Positions 34,749 through 43,376 of a DNA stretch of 64,000 nt are shown here, one piece after another. The number at the start of each line of letters is the position of its first letter. The first letter of the stretch is position 1. The notes below the pieces were generated by a model. That model had not been told where the DNA came from, made no database searches, and saw only the letters and a list, made by a program, of their open reading frames with translations. Origin of the DNA: a virus; IMG/VR virus record IMGVR_UViG_3300045988_105143, positions 1 to 64,000 of that record. One strand, 5' to 3'. The position numbers and the translations under genes are program-made.

Positions 34749-34859
34749 ATGGACTTGTTTGAAAGAATAATCTTTTGGTGTATTTCTGGTGTTTGCATAT
34801 TAAGTATTTTGCAAATACTCATAACATTATATGTGATATCTGGTGGCAGAATTGGGTAG
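34749..34859 (+). CDS. tiny membrane protein (36 aa, below ORF-track cutoff)
   Basis: ATG 34749, 9 nt after the 3D-domain stop. MDLFERIIFWCISGVCILSILQILITLYVISGGRIG has one or two TM segments. Confidence 0.4.
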   Translation: MDLFERIIFWCISGVCILSILQILITLYVISGGRIG

Positions 34860-34863
34860 TGTT

Positions 34864-35019
34864 ATGTACATAGAAAAAGAAACGCATCGCAAGGTAAAAG
34901 CTCGACAGAGCATCATATTTGATAGTATTTTTTGGATTATCGATTACGTTGATGAGCCACCAGTGAATTATGTATATTCAGATAGTGAATTTAAAAGACT
35001 TTTTGAGGAAGGAAACTGA
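34864..35019 (+). CDS. small hypothetical protein (51 aa)
   Basis: ATG 34864 and TGA 35017-35019, 1 nt before the next ATG. Fills the gap. Confidence 0.4.
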   Translation: MYIEKETHRKVKARQSIIFDSIFWIIDYVDEPPVNYVYSDSEFKRLFEEGN

Positions 35020-35020
35020 T

Positions 35021-35251
35021 ATGAGTAAAGTAGTAATTACCCCACAAACTGAAGAAGTATTAACATTAGTAATGGTCAATGGGCAACTGGCATCCTTAAA
35101 AATTATGTTAGAAGAGTGCCTAGATTGTAGTATGTATTTAGGGGATTCGAGCAGGGAATTAATTGAGGAGACTTTAAACGACGTATTGGTCCATATGGAT
35201 AAACTCCGAGATATTTTCGATGAAGTTGCAGAACTTGGTGGTGAGGAATAA
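35021..35251 (+). CDS. hypothetical acidic protein
   Basis: ATG 35021 after GAGGAAGGA. The listed 34970 start overlaps the previous small ORF. Confidence 0.55.
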   Translation: MSKVVITPQTEEVLTLVMVNGQLASLKIMLEECLDCSMYLGDSSRELIEETLNDVLVHMDKLRDIFDEVAELGGEE

Positions 35252-35901
35252 TGGATTGCGATACTAGCAGTCCAATTCACCTCGTGGAGTACACAAAACC
35301 AGATGTAGCCATTAGAGCGATGAGCAAGTGTTATGGCAAACAATGCACGCTTGATTCCTTAGTCAATGCGTGCAAGTCTGGTCATTGGTCGTTGTTAGAG
35401 CACATACATGTTTCTATGGATGTATTGTGTAGCCAAAAGGTTCTTGCACAATTAAGCAGACACAGACATTTTAGTTTCACAGTTCAGTCAACACGTGGTT
35501 CTAATATTATTACCAATGGGTTTTATAACGGGTTTGACACAGAAAACGGAATGATGAGACAGGCGTATGGCATTATATCTGTGATGTTTAACAACTTGTT
35601 GGCTAGAGGCGTACCTGTCGAGCAGGCTTCTTATATTTTACCATTAGGTGTAAAAGTAAGATTGAATATGAGTGGTAACTTACGTTGTTGGCTTGAGTAT
35701 CTGAAACAGAGACTATGTAAAAGAGCAAGTAAAGAGCATCAAGAAATTGCTCGTGCTATTTATAGTAGGTTGAACTTACTTTATCCTAGTTTGTGTAACC
35801 TAGAAATGCTTGGTATGTGCGAGAACTGTAAGGAACTATCGTGCGATTTCACATCACATAAAAAGAAACAAAAAGAACCAGTAAGAAAGGAATTACAATG
35901 A
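35251..35901 (+). CDS. thyX: flavin-dependent thymidylate synthase
   Basis: ThyX signature RHRHFSFTVQSTR (RHRxxSxxxxSxR) and HWSLLEH upstream. 216 aa. Confidence 0.85.
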   Translation: MDCDTSSPIHLVEYTKPDVAIRAMSKCYGKQCTLDSLVNACKSGHWSLLEHIHVSMDVLCSQKVLAQLSRHRHFSFTVQSTRGSNIITNGFYNGFDTENGMMRQAYGIISVMFNNLLARGVPVEQASYILPLGVKVRLNMSGNLRCWLEYLKQRLCKRASKEHQEIARAIYSRLNLLYPSLCNLEMLGMCENCKELSCDFTSHKKKQKEPVRKELQ

Positions 35902-36062
35902 AATACTTAAAGATTAAAGAAGAAGAATGGCATAATTTGTTGGAAGGTTACCTATATAATATTGGTACATGGAAGAATGACAGGGAAAAAGCAGAATTTT
36001 ATCAACAATTATTTGAGAGTGTGGCTTCAATGATAGAAGAATCTAATGGGGATTGGCAATAA
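35898..36062 (+). CDS. small hypothetical protein (54 aa)
   Basis: ATG 35898 overlaps the thyX stop (ATGA). TAA 36060-36062. Confidence 0.45.
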   Translation: MKYLKIKEEEWHNLLEGYLYNIGTWKNDREKAEFYQQLFESVASMIEESNGDWQ

Positions 36063-36502
36063 TGAGAACATACAATATTGTAGATACAAATATTTGTATC
36101 GGTAATCTATATAAAGATAAAACTGGAGACCATATCGTGATTGATATGGCTGTGGATTGCTTTGGTGATATAGGTAATATCTCACTTCTAAAACTGCGTA
36201 CGAGTAGTGGAATTGTTGAAGTAAAACAACCTCAAGAAGTTCTGGAAATGGAGTATATGGGCAGAGTTAATATGCAACCTTTTTATGACGAGGTTGACAG
36301 AGCTCAGTTTATGTATTATAGTAAGAAACGGAATAGTACTGAAGTAGTTGAACTATATAAAAAATACAAAACGTATCTGAATAATGAAGAAATAGAAGTT
36401 GAGCGTGTACTTAGCGACCAAATCACAGAAAAAGAATTTTTACGTCAACGCTGGATGGAGCTTGATAAAATAATGCGTGAATACTTAGGAATGGAGGTGT
36501 AA
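36062..36502 (+). CDS. hypothetical protein
   Basis: ATG 36062 overlaps the previous TAA. The listed TTG 36053 is the alternative start. Confidence 0.55.
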   Translation: MRTYNIVDTNICIGNLYKDKTGDHIVIDMAVDCFGDIGNISLLKLRTSSGIVEVKQPQEVLEMEYMGRVNMQPFYDEVDRAQFMYYSKKRNSTEVVELYKKYKTYLNNEEIEVERVLSDQITEKEFLRQRWMELDKIMREYLGMEV

Positions 36503-36503
36503 T

Positions 36504-36902
36504 ATGGAACCTATTATTAGTCCTTGGTTAATATATCTGGCTGGTATCGCAAATCCACTTAAATTCTCTCTAGGTTTAATAGCATTTTTTGGTACTATCG
36601 CTTGCTTTATTATTGGTGGTTACTATTTTATAGAGTCGCCTTGGGAAGGTTGCAGTACTGAAGAACGCCAGCGAGCTGAAGCTAAGCAAAAAGCATCTTT
36701 AAAGTTAATAAAGATAGTTATTCCAATTACATTTGTGTCATTCCTGTTGCAAGCCTTTATCCCAGATAAAGATACATTGATAGCTATGGCTGTAGCCAAT
36801 GTTGTCACCGTTGATAATATTCAAGGTGCTAATGCGTTTGTTAAAACAAACGTCCAAGATTATATCAATATGATTACAGATGCTGTCAATAAAGTAAAGT
36901 AG
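36504..36902 (+). CDS. membrane protein (3 TM)
   Basis: GGAGGTG RBS. Hydrophobic segments at the N-terminus and middle. Lies two genes upstream of the SPFH gene. Confidence 0.6.
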   Translation: MEPIISPWLIYLAGIANPLKFSLGLIAFFGTIACFIIGGYYFIESPWEGCSTEERQRAEAKQKASLKLIKIVIPITFVSFLLQAFIPDKDTLIAMAVANVVTVDNIQGANAFVKTNVQDYINMITDAVNKVK

Positions 36903-36911
36903 GTGACCATA

Positions 36912-37028
36912 ATGTTATGGACTATCTTTATACTATTTATTGTTTGGTTGTTATTGGCAACTGTGTACCAAGAAGAGATATTCGACATATTAGACTATAT
37001 AGTTAATCGTATCAAGGAAGGAAAATAA
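36912..37028 (+). CDS. tiny membrane protein (38 aa)
   Basis: ATG 36912 after AGGTGA. MLWTIFILFIVWLLLATVY... The stop is 1 nt before the SPFH ATG. Confidence 0.4.
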   Translation: MLWTIFILFIVWLLLATVYQEEIFDILDYIVNRIKEGK

Positions 37029-37029
37029 A

Positions 37030-37893
37030 ATGAAATTTTTAGGTTTGAAATTAGCTGGGCTGGGTGTCTTAGTCCTGTTAGCATTTGCCCTTATCTATAA
37101 TACTACGTATATGATTTCTGCTGGTCATGCTGGTGTAGTATTTAACAAAATGGACGGTGGTATTCAACAAGAAACACTTGACCAAGGTTGGCATGTAGTG
37201 GCTCCGTGGAAACGTGTTACAGAATACCCTGTTAGCACAGAGTTAGCATACTACATTGACGGTAATCACGAAGACCGTAAAGACGTAGACGATAGTATCG
37301 TTATTGGTACAAAGGACGGTAAAACAATTAAGGTGGATGCACAAGTTACATATCATATGAATCAAGATTCTTTGCCTCATATCTACAATAAATTTAAAGG
37401 TCAAGACGATAGTATTATTGAATACGGCTACATGAAACAAAACTTCCAACGTATCGCTAATGATATTTCTTCTCATTATTCTATGATGGATATTGTAGGC
37501 GAAAAGAAAGAAGCTTTTAACCAAGAATTACTTAAAGAAGTATCCGAATTCTTCGACCAAGATGGTATTATCATCGAGCAAGCTTCACTTGGTAAAGTAG
37601 AGCCAGACAATGCGACTAAAGAAGCTATCCAAGCGGTAGCAAATGCTCAATATAAACAACGTCAAGCAGAATATGAAAAGATTGCCGCTGAAGCTGAAGC
37701 TAAGAAAAAAGTGGCAGTCGCTGAGGGTGATGCACAAGCCAAACGTATCCAAGCAGATGCTGAAGCATACTATAATGCACAAGTGGCTTCTAGCTTAACT
37801 CAAGAAATGGTACAACTTAAACAAGTTGAAAAATGGGATGGCAAATTGCCTACATATTCTGGTATTGCTAGTGGTTTGTTTAATTTTAAATAG
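37030..37893 (+). CDS. SPFH/Band-7 (prohibitin/flotillin-like) membrane protein
   Basis: N-terminal TM, then AGHAGVVFNK...GWHVVAPW..V.EYPV, a beta/alpha SPFH core, and a C-terminal A/E/K-rich coiled coil (AEAEAKKKVAVAEGDAQAKRIQADAEA). Confidence 0.8.
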   Translation: MKFLGLKLAGLGVLVLLAFALIYNTTYMISAGHAGVVFNKMDGGIQQETLDQGWHVVAPWKRVTEYPVSTELAYYIDGNHEDRKDVDDSIVIGTKDGKTIKVDAQVTYHMNQDSLPHIYNKFKGQDDSIIEYGYMKQNFQRIANDISSHYSMMDIVGEKKEAFNQELLKEVSEFFDQDGIIIEQASLGKVEPDNATKEAIQAVANAQYKQRQAEYEKIAAEAEAKKKVAVAEGDAQAKRIQADAEAYYNAQVASSLTQEMVQLKQVEKWDGKLPTYSGIASGLFNFK

Positions 37894-37903
37894 GGGGTAA
37901 AGT

Positions 37904-38374
37904 ATGGAAGATTATCTAGTGCCTTATACTCCATATAGAAGTTTTGATGTGGTATCTCTATATAAGGGGACAGACATTAAAATTCCACAACGTAGTACGC
38001 AACAAAGTGCTGGCTATGATTTAGAGTCAGCTGAAACTGTGGTGATTGGGGCAGGTGAAACTGTCCTAGTCCCTACTGGATTAAAGGGGCTCTTCCCACC
38101 AGATGAATTTATGGCTATATATCCACGCTCGTCTTTAGCTGGTAAATATGGTATCACATTAGCTAATTGTGTTGGTATTGTAGATAGTGACTATGCTAAT
38201 AACCCAGACAATGAAGGTCATATCCAAGTATTATTAAAAAATACTACAGATAGTGATTATGTTGTTAAAAAGGGAGATAGAATAGCACAGGCAATCTTCC
38301 AGCCATATATGATTACTGACCATGATAGACCTCGTGGTACTCGTACTGGTGGGTTCGGCAGTACAGGTGAATAA
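37904..38374 (+). CDS. dut: dUTP diphosphatase
   Basis: dUTPase motifs AGYDL, PRSS, GIVDSDY, GDRIAQ and RG..GFGSTG. Confidence 0.85.
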   Translation: MEDYLVPYTPYRSFDVVSLYKGTDIKIPQRSTQQSAGYDLESAETVVIGAGETVLVPTGLKGLFPPDEFMAIYPRSSLAGKYGITLANCVGIVDSDYANNPDNEGHIQVLLKNTTDSDYVVKKGDRIAQAIFQPYMITDHDRPRGTRTGGFGSTGE

Positions 38375-38375
38375 A

Positions 38376-38885
38376 ATGGAGGCACTAAATAAGATAACTG
38401 AAATGTTAGAAAGGGAAACAGTACAAGAGCACACTCATTTAGCTGGTATTCTAGTACAGTTACGCACTGTTGGATACACGCATGTAGAATATACAGGCAA
38501 TAATTATTTGGTATTTACTGGTCCTCATGTGCAAAGGTTCAAAGCAGAATTACCACGGATTATTAGTGCGAACTTAGCTTCTATTTTTGGTAGAGGTCCT
38601 AGAAATATTGATGACTTATTAGTCTTCAAGTATTTCCAAATCGGTATGAATATCTACCAATCGAATATCGAGCAGAATCACGATAGTGGGTATCTTATTC
38701 AACATAAACCGAATATATTACGTGCCCGTATTTCTAAACATGGCGGTGAGTATATTGCGACACTGAACGGAGTTATCAAAGTTAATCCAGGTGATTGGAT
38801 TATTACGGGTGTTAATGGTGAGCAATACCCTTGTGACCCTGAGATATTCAAAAAATTATATGATGTAGTAGAACAGGAGGTTTAA
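38376..38885 (+). CDS. hypothetical protein
   Basis: ATG 38376, 2 nt after the dut stop. The listed 38322 start lies inside dut. C-terminal PGDWIITGVNGEQYPCDPEIF motif is of unknown function. Confidence 0.55.
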   Translation: MEALNKITEMLERETVQEHTHLAGILVQLRTVGYTHVEYTGNNYLVFTGPHVQRFKAELPRIISANLASIFGRGPRNIDDLLVFKYFQIGMNIYQSNIEQNHDSGYLIQHKPNILRARISKHGGEYIATLNGVIKVNPGDWIITGVNGEQYPCDPEIFKKLYDVVEQEV

Positions 38886-39133
38886 TGGTACATTATTTCG
38901 TAGTTGACTACGGTAATATAGGAGACCTCTACAACATCGGTGTATTGGGTGAAGATAAAAACCTAATTAAACAATACTTAATGGAACATTCAAGAAACGT
39001 GCGATATTTAAAATCGTGTGAGAGAAAAAAGAAGACAGGTAAAGATATTGGGGTTGGTATCATTGTTAGTTGTAGATACCTCCCCAAGTGCCCAAAAGGA
39101 CTAGCACCAGATGAACGAGGTACTGTCCTATGA
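38885..39133 (+). CDS. hypothetical protein
   Basis: 82-aa ORF with a TAATG overlap and GGAGG RBS. Confidence 0.55.
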   Translation: MVHYFVVDYGNIGDLYNIGVLGEDKNLIKQYLMEHSRNVRYLKSCERKKKTGKDIGVGIIVSCRYLPKCPKGLAPDERGTVL

Positions 39134-39579
39134 AAGAATCAATGATACAAGAAGCCATCACATTATTTGAACATTCTGGTGAAAAGGCTTTAGAAGAAAT
39201 CAACTTTGCTATGAAGTCATGGGAATATACGAATTCCGTAAACGAATATAGAAAAGTTGATAAACTTTCTCAATTATTTTTTGAGAAATATGGTAAATCT
39301 CCAGAAGAGATTTATATTAAAAAAGAAGAACAGCTGGTTTTGCTACATTTTGCGATGTGGTTAAAACAGTACTTATCCTCTATGGACCCAGTAAGTTGGG
39401 GGATTTGGAGAGATACAATTATATACGGTTTGTCTACAAAAGAAATGATGAAAAAATACGGTATTACACGTGACAGTAAATTGTATCAACGTCGTAAGAA
39501 AATATTAAAATATATAAAAGCAGGATTACCGTTATATTATGAGCAGTATTTAAATTTAGAAGAGTATATGAAAGGTTAG
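39130..39579 (+). CDS. possible sigma-70 region-4-like / HTH transcription regulator
   Basis: C-terminal WRDTIIYGLSTKEMMKKYGITRDSKLYQRRKKILKYIK resembles a sigma region 4.2 HTH. The call is weak. Confidence 0.35.
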   Translation: MKESMIQEAITLFEHSGEKALEEINFAMKSWEYTNSVNEYRKVDKLSQLFFEKYGKSPEEIYIKKEEQLVLLHFAMWLKQYLSSMDPVSWGIWRDTIIYGLSTKEMMKKYGITRDSKLYQRRKKILKYIKAGLPLYYEQYLNLEEYMKG

Positions 39580-39582
39580 GTA

Positions 39583-40386
39583 ATGAAGATTAAATCACTT
39601 GAGGATAGTTATAAACCTCATATTATAACGTGTCGTCTAAATACTGATTATGCACAGTTAGCTGTATTATCGGATGTCCATGAAGGGCTAAATAATAGAG
39701 CTTATCTCAAACAAACGGTTAGCAACCTATTAAACTTAGGTCCAAATTGCAAAGTGATTCTAGGTGGAGATAGCACTAATACAACGACCAAACACTCAAA
39801 AGGTAGCGTACTAGAGGAATCCTTAGTTGGAGATGAGCAGGTTTACGCATTGGTAGAAGATATTCAACCATTATATGAGAGCGGTCAATTAATCGGCGTG
39901 ATTGGTGGTAATCATGGGGCAAGAGCGTATAACGATGCATATATTAGCGTAGAGCAAATGATCTGTGCTTTATTAGGTGACCGTACCCTATATAAGGGTG
40001 AGTTTGGTCTTGTATATTTTAACGTAAATAAGAACTGCTATGTACATCATATTCTCCATAAGAATAGACGTACTAAAAACTATTACGACTATTTCAATGC
40101 TGATGTTACTTGGTTTGAACATTTTCATGAACCTAGTGCTACTCCGAAAATAGCCATTGAACATAATAAGTATTCTAAAAAACCTATTGTTAAAGAGGTT
40201 TGGGAATTACGGCAGTCTTCTTTCCAAACGTATCCTAGCTATATTAAAGCTAGTGGTATTAGACCAAATTTGAGTGGGTTCTGGATTACTGAAATGACAG
40301 GAAATGAGAGAAACAGAAAAGTGACTCCTTTTATTGGGGATACTTATTTTGATTTGAGAGGTAGGGGATTGAATGTTAGTCAATGA
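39583..40386 (+). CDS. calcineurin-like metallophosphoesterase
   Basis: LAVLSDVHEG, GGDSTN, GGNHG and later His motifs, in canonical MPP order. Confidence 0.7.
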   Translation: MKIKSLEDSYKPHIITCRLNTDYAQLAVLSDVHEGLNNRAYLKQTVSNLLNLGPNCKVILGGDSTNTTTKHSKGSVLEESLVGDEQVYALVEDIQPLYESGQLIGVIGGNHGARAYNDAYISVEQMICALLGDRTLYKGEFGLVYFNVNKNCYVHHILHKNRRTKNYYDYFNADVTWFEHFHEPSATPKIAIEHNKYSKKPIVKEVWELRQSSFQTYPSYIKASGIRPNLSGFWITEMTGNERNRKVTPFIGDTYFDLRGRGLNVSQ

Positions 40387-40657
40387 TATGTTCCTAGACC
40401 TTGGGTTTGGATATAAGGTAGCGATGAAAGAGATTTTTGCAATCATGCCTATGAATGTATCTAGTTCAAAAGAACTCTTCCGTCGATACTTCCGTGAAGG
40501 CAAGGTTCTACGAGCCACCAAAGGGCGTAAAGCTCGCTCCTATTTATTGCTTAATAATGGAATGGTATTTGCTTCTACTTATACGACTGATGAACTTACA
40601 GAACGTGTATGGGAATTAAAGCGTATAGCAAGGGCTATTGATTATGCCGAGGTATAA
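40373..40657 (+). CDS. RemA/DUF370-like DNA-binding protein
   Basis: LDLGFGYKVAMKEIFAIMPMNVSSSKELFRRYFREGKVLRATKGRKARSYLLLNNGMVFASTYTTDELTERV aligns along its length with Bacillus RemA (INIGFGN...I.AIVSP.SAPIKR......G.LIDAT.GR.TRAV...D...ILSA....T...R). Confidence 0.7.
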   Translation: MLVNDMFLDLGFGYKVAMKEIFAIMPMNVSSSKELFRRYFREGKVLRATKGRKARSYLLLNNGMVFASTYTTDELTERVWELKRIARAIDYAEV

Positions 40658-41081
40658 ACCAGGGAGGAGAAAGGCTCGTCCTTTAACTCATAAACAGCAT
40701 GTTTATGTACAGACAAAGATACTTACAGGCAGTAAAAAGGAGGCTCTAAGAGTGGCAGGTTATCCAAAGGAAGGATACAACGTTGAAGATAGCAAGGCTG
40801 TACAAAAAGCATTGGCGGACTACAAAGACCGTATGGATAAAAAATTCAGAGACAAAGCTGACAAGGTGGCTAATATCTTATTAGATATTATAGAAAACCC
40901 TGATACTCCTGCTAAAACGAAGGTATCCGCAATTAAAGACTGGCTCGATAGAGCAGGCTTAAAACCTGTTGATAAACAAGAGGTAGAAGAAAAACGTTCT
41001 ATCGATACATCGAGCCGATTAAGTAGAGACTTAATCAATAAACTAAATATGCTACCAGAAAAAGAAAAAGGCGAGGTATAA
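40644..41081 (+). CDS. terS: terminase small subunit (Terminase_2-like)
   Basis: PLTHKQHVYVQTKILTGSKKEALRVAGYP resembles the N-terminal HTH of small terminases. 145 aa, basic N-terminus. Confidence 0.5.
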   Translation: MPRYKPGRRKARPLTHKQHVYVQTKILTGSKKEALRVAGYPKEGYNVEDSKAVQKALADYKDRMDKKFRDKADKVANILLDIIENPDTPAKTKVSAIKDWLDRAGLKPVDKQEVEEKRSIDTSSRLSRDLINKLNMLPEKEKGEV

Positions 41082-41100
41082 TAACCTCGCCAATTTTTAT
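41060..41100. terminator. bidirectional intrinsic terminator at the strand-switch
   Basis: GGCGAGGT (41070-41077) ATAATA ACCTCGCC (41084-41091). Flanked by an A-run upstream (AAAAAGAAAAAG) and a T-run downstream (AATTTTTAT), so it works for both convergent blocks. Confidence 0.75.
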
Positions 41101-41102
41101 GT

Positions 41103-41315
41103 TTAATTATTTATATATAGGTTTTTAATAATATATAGTCTATTTTTATCTGCACGAAAATTAATTAAATGCGTAGTGTATGAGCTTGTCAGTTCTTTAA
41201 CGTCTGTGGTGTCGTAAAATAAAACGTGAGTTTTACCATTTAATATCCTATGGGTATTGCAGAACTCATAATAGCTACAGCCTGATTGGTATATATAATT
41301 AGTTTTTTTATTCAT
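41103..41315 (-). CDS. small-protein family member A
   Basis: 70 aa, ending LYIIKNLYINN (family C-terminal motif [LIVM][YF]x[IV][KR]xx[YF]). Confidence 0.6.
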   Translation of the reverse strand: MNKKTNYIYQSGCSYYEFCNTHRILNGKTHVLFYDTTDVKELTSSYTTHLINFRADKNRLYIIKNLYINN

Positions 41316-41517
41316 ATTGTTCCCTCACAATGTATAAATTACGACAATACGCTAAATGGTCTCCGTCCCAATATGCTTTTCCTGTATCCAGTTCTTGTTT
41401 AAGGAATATACCTTCAAATTCAACAACATCTGTATGCATTTTTAATGGTAGTGTAGTTGTTGTAATCAAGTTATATGCACTAGGCAATGTATCGATATAT
41501 TTATATTTCATGTACAT
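41308..41517 (-). CDS. small-protein family member B
   Basis: 69 aa, ending NLYIVREQYE. Overlaps neighbours by 8-10 nt. Confidence 0.6.
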   Translation of the reverse strand: MYMKYKYIDTLPSAYNLITTTTLPLKMHTDVVEFEGIFLKQELDTGKAYWDGDHLAYCRNLYIVREQYE

Positions 41518-41726
41518 AACTCCTTATATAATTCCTGTATTGTATATATGTGATATTCACGTGTATGTATTAGATATTTACTACGAATCTGGTGAGTGTG
41601 TGAGTTGGAATACCTGTATAAGTCACACCATTTCATAAAAACACTCTCACCTTCTATTACCATGTCTTTTGCTCTAATTAACCAACAGTCATTTCGATTA
41701 AATACGTGATATACTATGTAGTCCAT
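41508..41726 (-). CDS. small-protein family member C
   Basis: 72 aa. MDYIVYHVFNRNDCWLI... ending HIYTIQELYKELCT. Confidence 0.6.
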   Translation of the reverse strand: MDYIVYHVFNRNDCWLIRAKDMVIEGESVFMKWCDLYRYSNSHTHQIRSKYLIHTREYHIYTIQELYKELCT

Positions 41727-41742
41727 TTTTAGGCACCTTTTA

Positions 41743-41970
41743 TCATATCATTCTGTACTTCTTTTTAATTTGGTACATATATTTGAGATTTGTATATATC
41801 GTACCAGAGATACCATCATAACACGTTGTCGTTCCTTGATAGTTGGACACCATTACATTAGTCAGGTATACCGAGTATTTAGTCCCAAATTTATTAACTT
41901 GTATCTTATGATTAGTTTTTAATATGTAACAATCATCACGACTAAAGATTTGATACGCAATTATTTCCAT
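41743..41970 (-). CDS. small-protein family member D
   Basis: 75 aa. MEIIAYQIFSRDDCYIL... ending YMYQIKKKYRMI. Confidence 0.6.
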   Translation of the reverse strand: MEIIAYQIFSRDDCYILKTNHKIQVNKFGTKYSVYLTNVMVSNYQGTTTCYDGISGTIYTNLKYMYQIKKKYRMI

Positions 41971-41971
41971 G

Positions 41972-42177
41972 TTATATCACCTTATATTTTCGTTTAATTC
42001 TATACGTCTTATCTCTATCTGTTGTAATACGTTTTGATTTTGTTCTTACTGTGAGTCTATTTATTCTGGACGGTTTAAATTGGTACAAATCGCAAAATTG
42101 CATAAACACAAATTTTTCATCCATGTCAAAATGATCACATTCAATTATCCAACAATCGGACGTATTAAAACCTCCAT
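41972..42177 (-). pseudogene. frameshifted small-protein family member E
   Basis: ATG 42177 gives MEV.. and stops after 10 codons. The -1 frame continues FNTSDCWIIECDHF...CDLYQF...KTYRIKRKYKVI to TAA 41972-41974, closely paralleling member C. The shift maps to a T4 run (plus-strand AAAA 42167-42170). An in-frame ATG at 42124 could still give a 50-aa product. Confidence 0.4.
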
Positions 42178-42429
42178 ATCACCACGTAGATTTATAACAC
42201 GACCATTGATAATCACTTCATCTTTGTAAACTTCTTTAACTTGATAAAGATACGCTGTAGTAAATCTAAGACCACTGAGATAGTGTTCGCTATATCCTGA
42301 AATCATGTTAGTATATTTTATACATGAAGGTGCTACCATCTCTAAATTACCAGTATGACATTTAATAAATGCTTGGTCTGTAATGATAAATCCAAACGTA
42401 TCTCCGTTTGCGTGATGTATATATAACAT
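42145..42429 (-). CDS. small-protein family member F (extended C-terminus)
   Basis: 94 aa. The motif AYLYQVKEVYKDE is followed by a 22-aa tail that reads across the start of member E. Confidence 0.6.
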   Translation of the reverse strand: MLYIHHANGDTFGFIITDQAFIKCHTGNLEMVAPSCIKYTNMISGYSEHYLSGLRFTTAYLYQVKEVYKDEVIINGRVINLRGDMEVLIRPIVG

Positions 42430-42430
42430 T

Positions 42431-42730
42431 TTATTCTCCTATATGTTTTAATATTGTTAATGATTTTTGTTCAGTAAATGAACCGTTATAATATTCTTTA
42501 ATATCATACAGGTTATTGGACATTTGCGAAAAATTAGACCCTATACTAAGTCTATAGTTAGTACCTACATGAGGGGAATACAAAACTACCATGTGTTCAG
42601 CTGTATATTCTAATATTTCTCCGACGTCTATCCTATGACGGCTTTGTTTTAAGCAATTAATATATAATGCAACTGTGTTAGAACCACCAGGATTTGTTAA
42701 TAAGAATATAATATCGTTCATATTATTCAC
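42431..42730 (-). CDS. small-protein family member G (extended C-terminus)
   Basis: 99 aa. Motif NLYDIKEYYNG plus a 20-aa tail. Confidence 0.55.
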   Translation of the reverse strand: MNNMNDIIFLLTNPGGSNTVALYINCLKQSRHRIDVGEILEYTAEHMVVLYSPHVGTNYRLSIGSNFSQMSNNLYDIKEYYNGSFTEQKSLTILKHIGE

Positions 42731-43130
42731 TCTCTTTCAAAATTTTAGATAGTAACTTTTCATCTAGCACCTTTGGTGTATACGTTCTACCGTTATCCAT
42801 AATTTCCTTATATTTTATCATATCTTCAATAGCCTTAATAAGTGGATAATCTTCTTTATAGACATTATATACTGGTAAGAATAATTCTTGCATATCTTTA
42901 TTTCTTCTACGTTCCTTAGATACTTCATACAATACCTTAGCGTAGGTATCACCCTGTTCCTGGTCTCCGTCATAGTGATTCTCTACTAAGTGACGGATGT
43001 CAGAAATGGCTTTGTCCATTTCTCCAACACCTTGATACCACTCCATACGAGCTGAGTAAATATAATTCATTACTTCATAAAAACCTATAATCACATTAAA
43101 CATTTCTTCTTTAGTAAAAGTCTTTTCCAT
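42723..43130 (-). CDS. hypothetical helical protein
   Basis: 135-aa ORF, tightly packed. Confidence 0.55.
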   Translation of the reverse strand: MEKTFTKEEMFNVIIGFYEVMNYIYSARMEWYQGVGEMDKAISDIRHLVENHYDGDQEQGDTYAKVLYEVSKERRRNKDMQELFLPVYNVYKEDYPLIKAIEDMIKYKEIMDNGRTYTPKVLDEKLLSKILKESE

Positions 43131-43141
43131 AGTTTTATTCC

Positions 43142-43375
43142 TTATTCGTTATTAATAATTTCACCATTAATATTTGCAATTTGTACTATACATTTTTTTG
43201 CTAACACGTCCTCAGTAATTTTTAATATATATGGTCTTTGCCTAATGTCTATATAAGTTTTGACCGCACGTGAACCACATACATACGCAAGTACTACTGG
43301 AGGCTCTTTCCTACCAAAATATTCTGTTAGTGCTTTATTGGTTATCTCTTCTATTTCTTGTAATGTTTTACCCAT
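43142..43375 (-). CDS. hypothetical protein
   Basis: ATG 43375 (MGKTLQEIEE) preceded by GGAGAGG. The listed start 43393 overlaps the upstream gene. Confidence 0.5.
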   Translation of the reverse strand: MGKTLQEIEEITNKALTEYFGRKEPPVVLAYVCGSRAVKTYIDIRQRPYILKITEDVLAKKCIVQIANINGEIINNE

Positions 43376-43376
43376 T

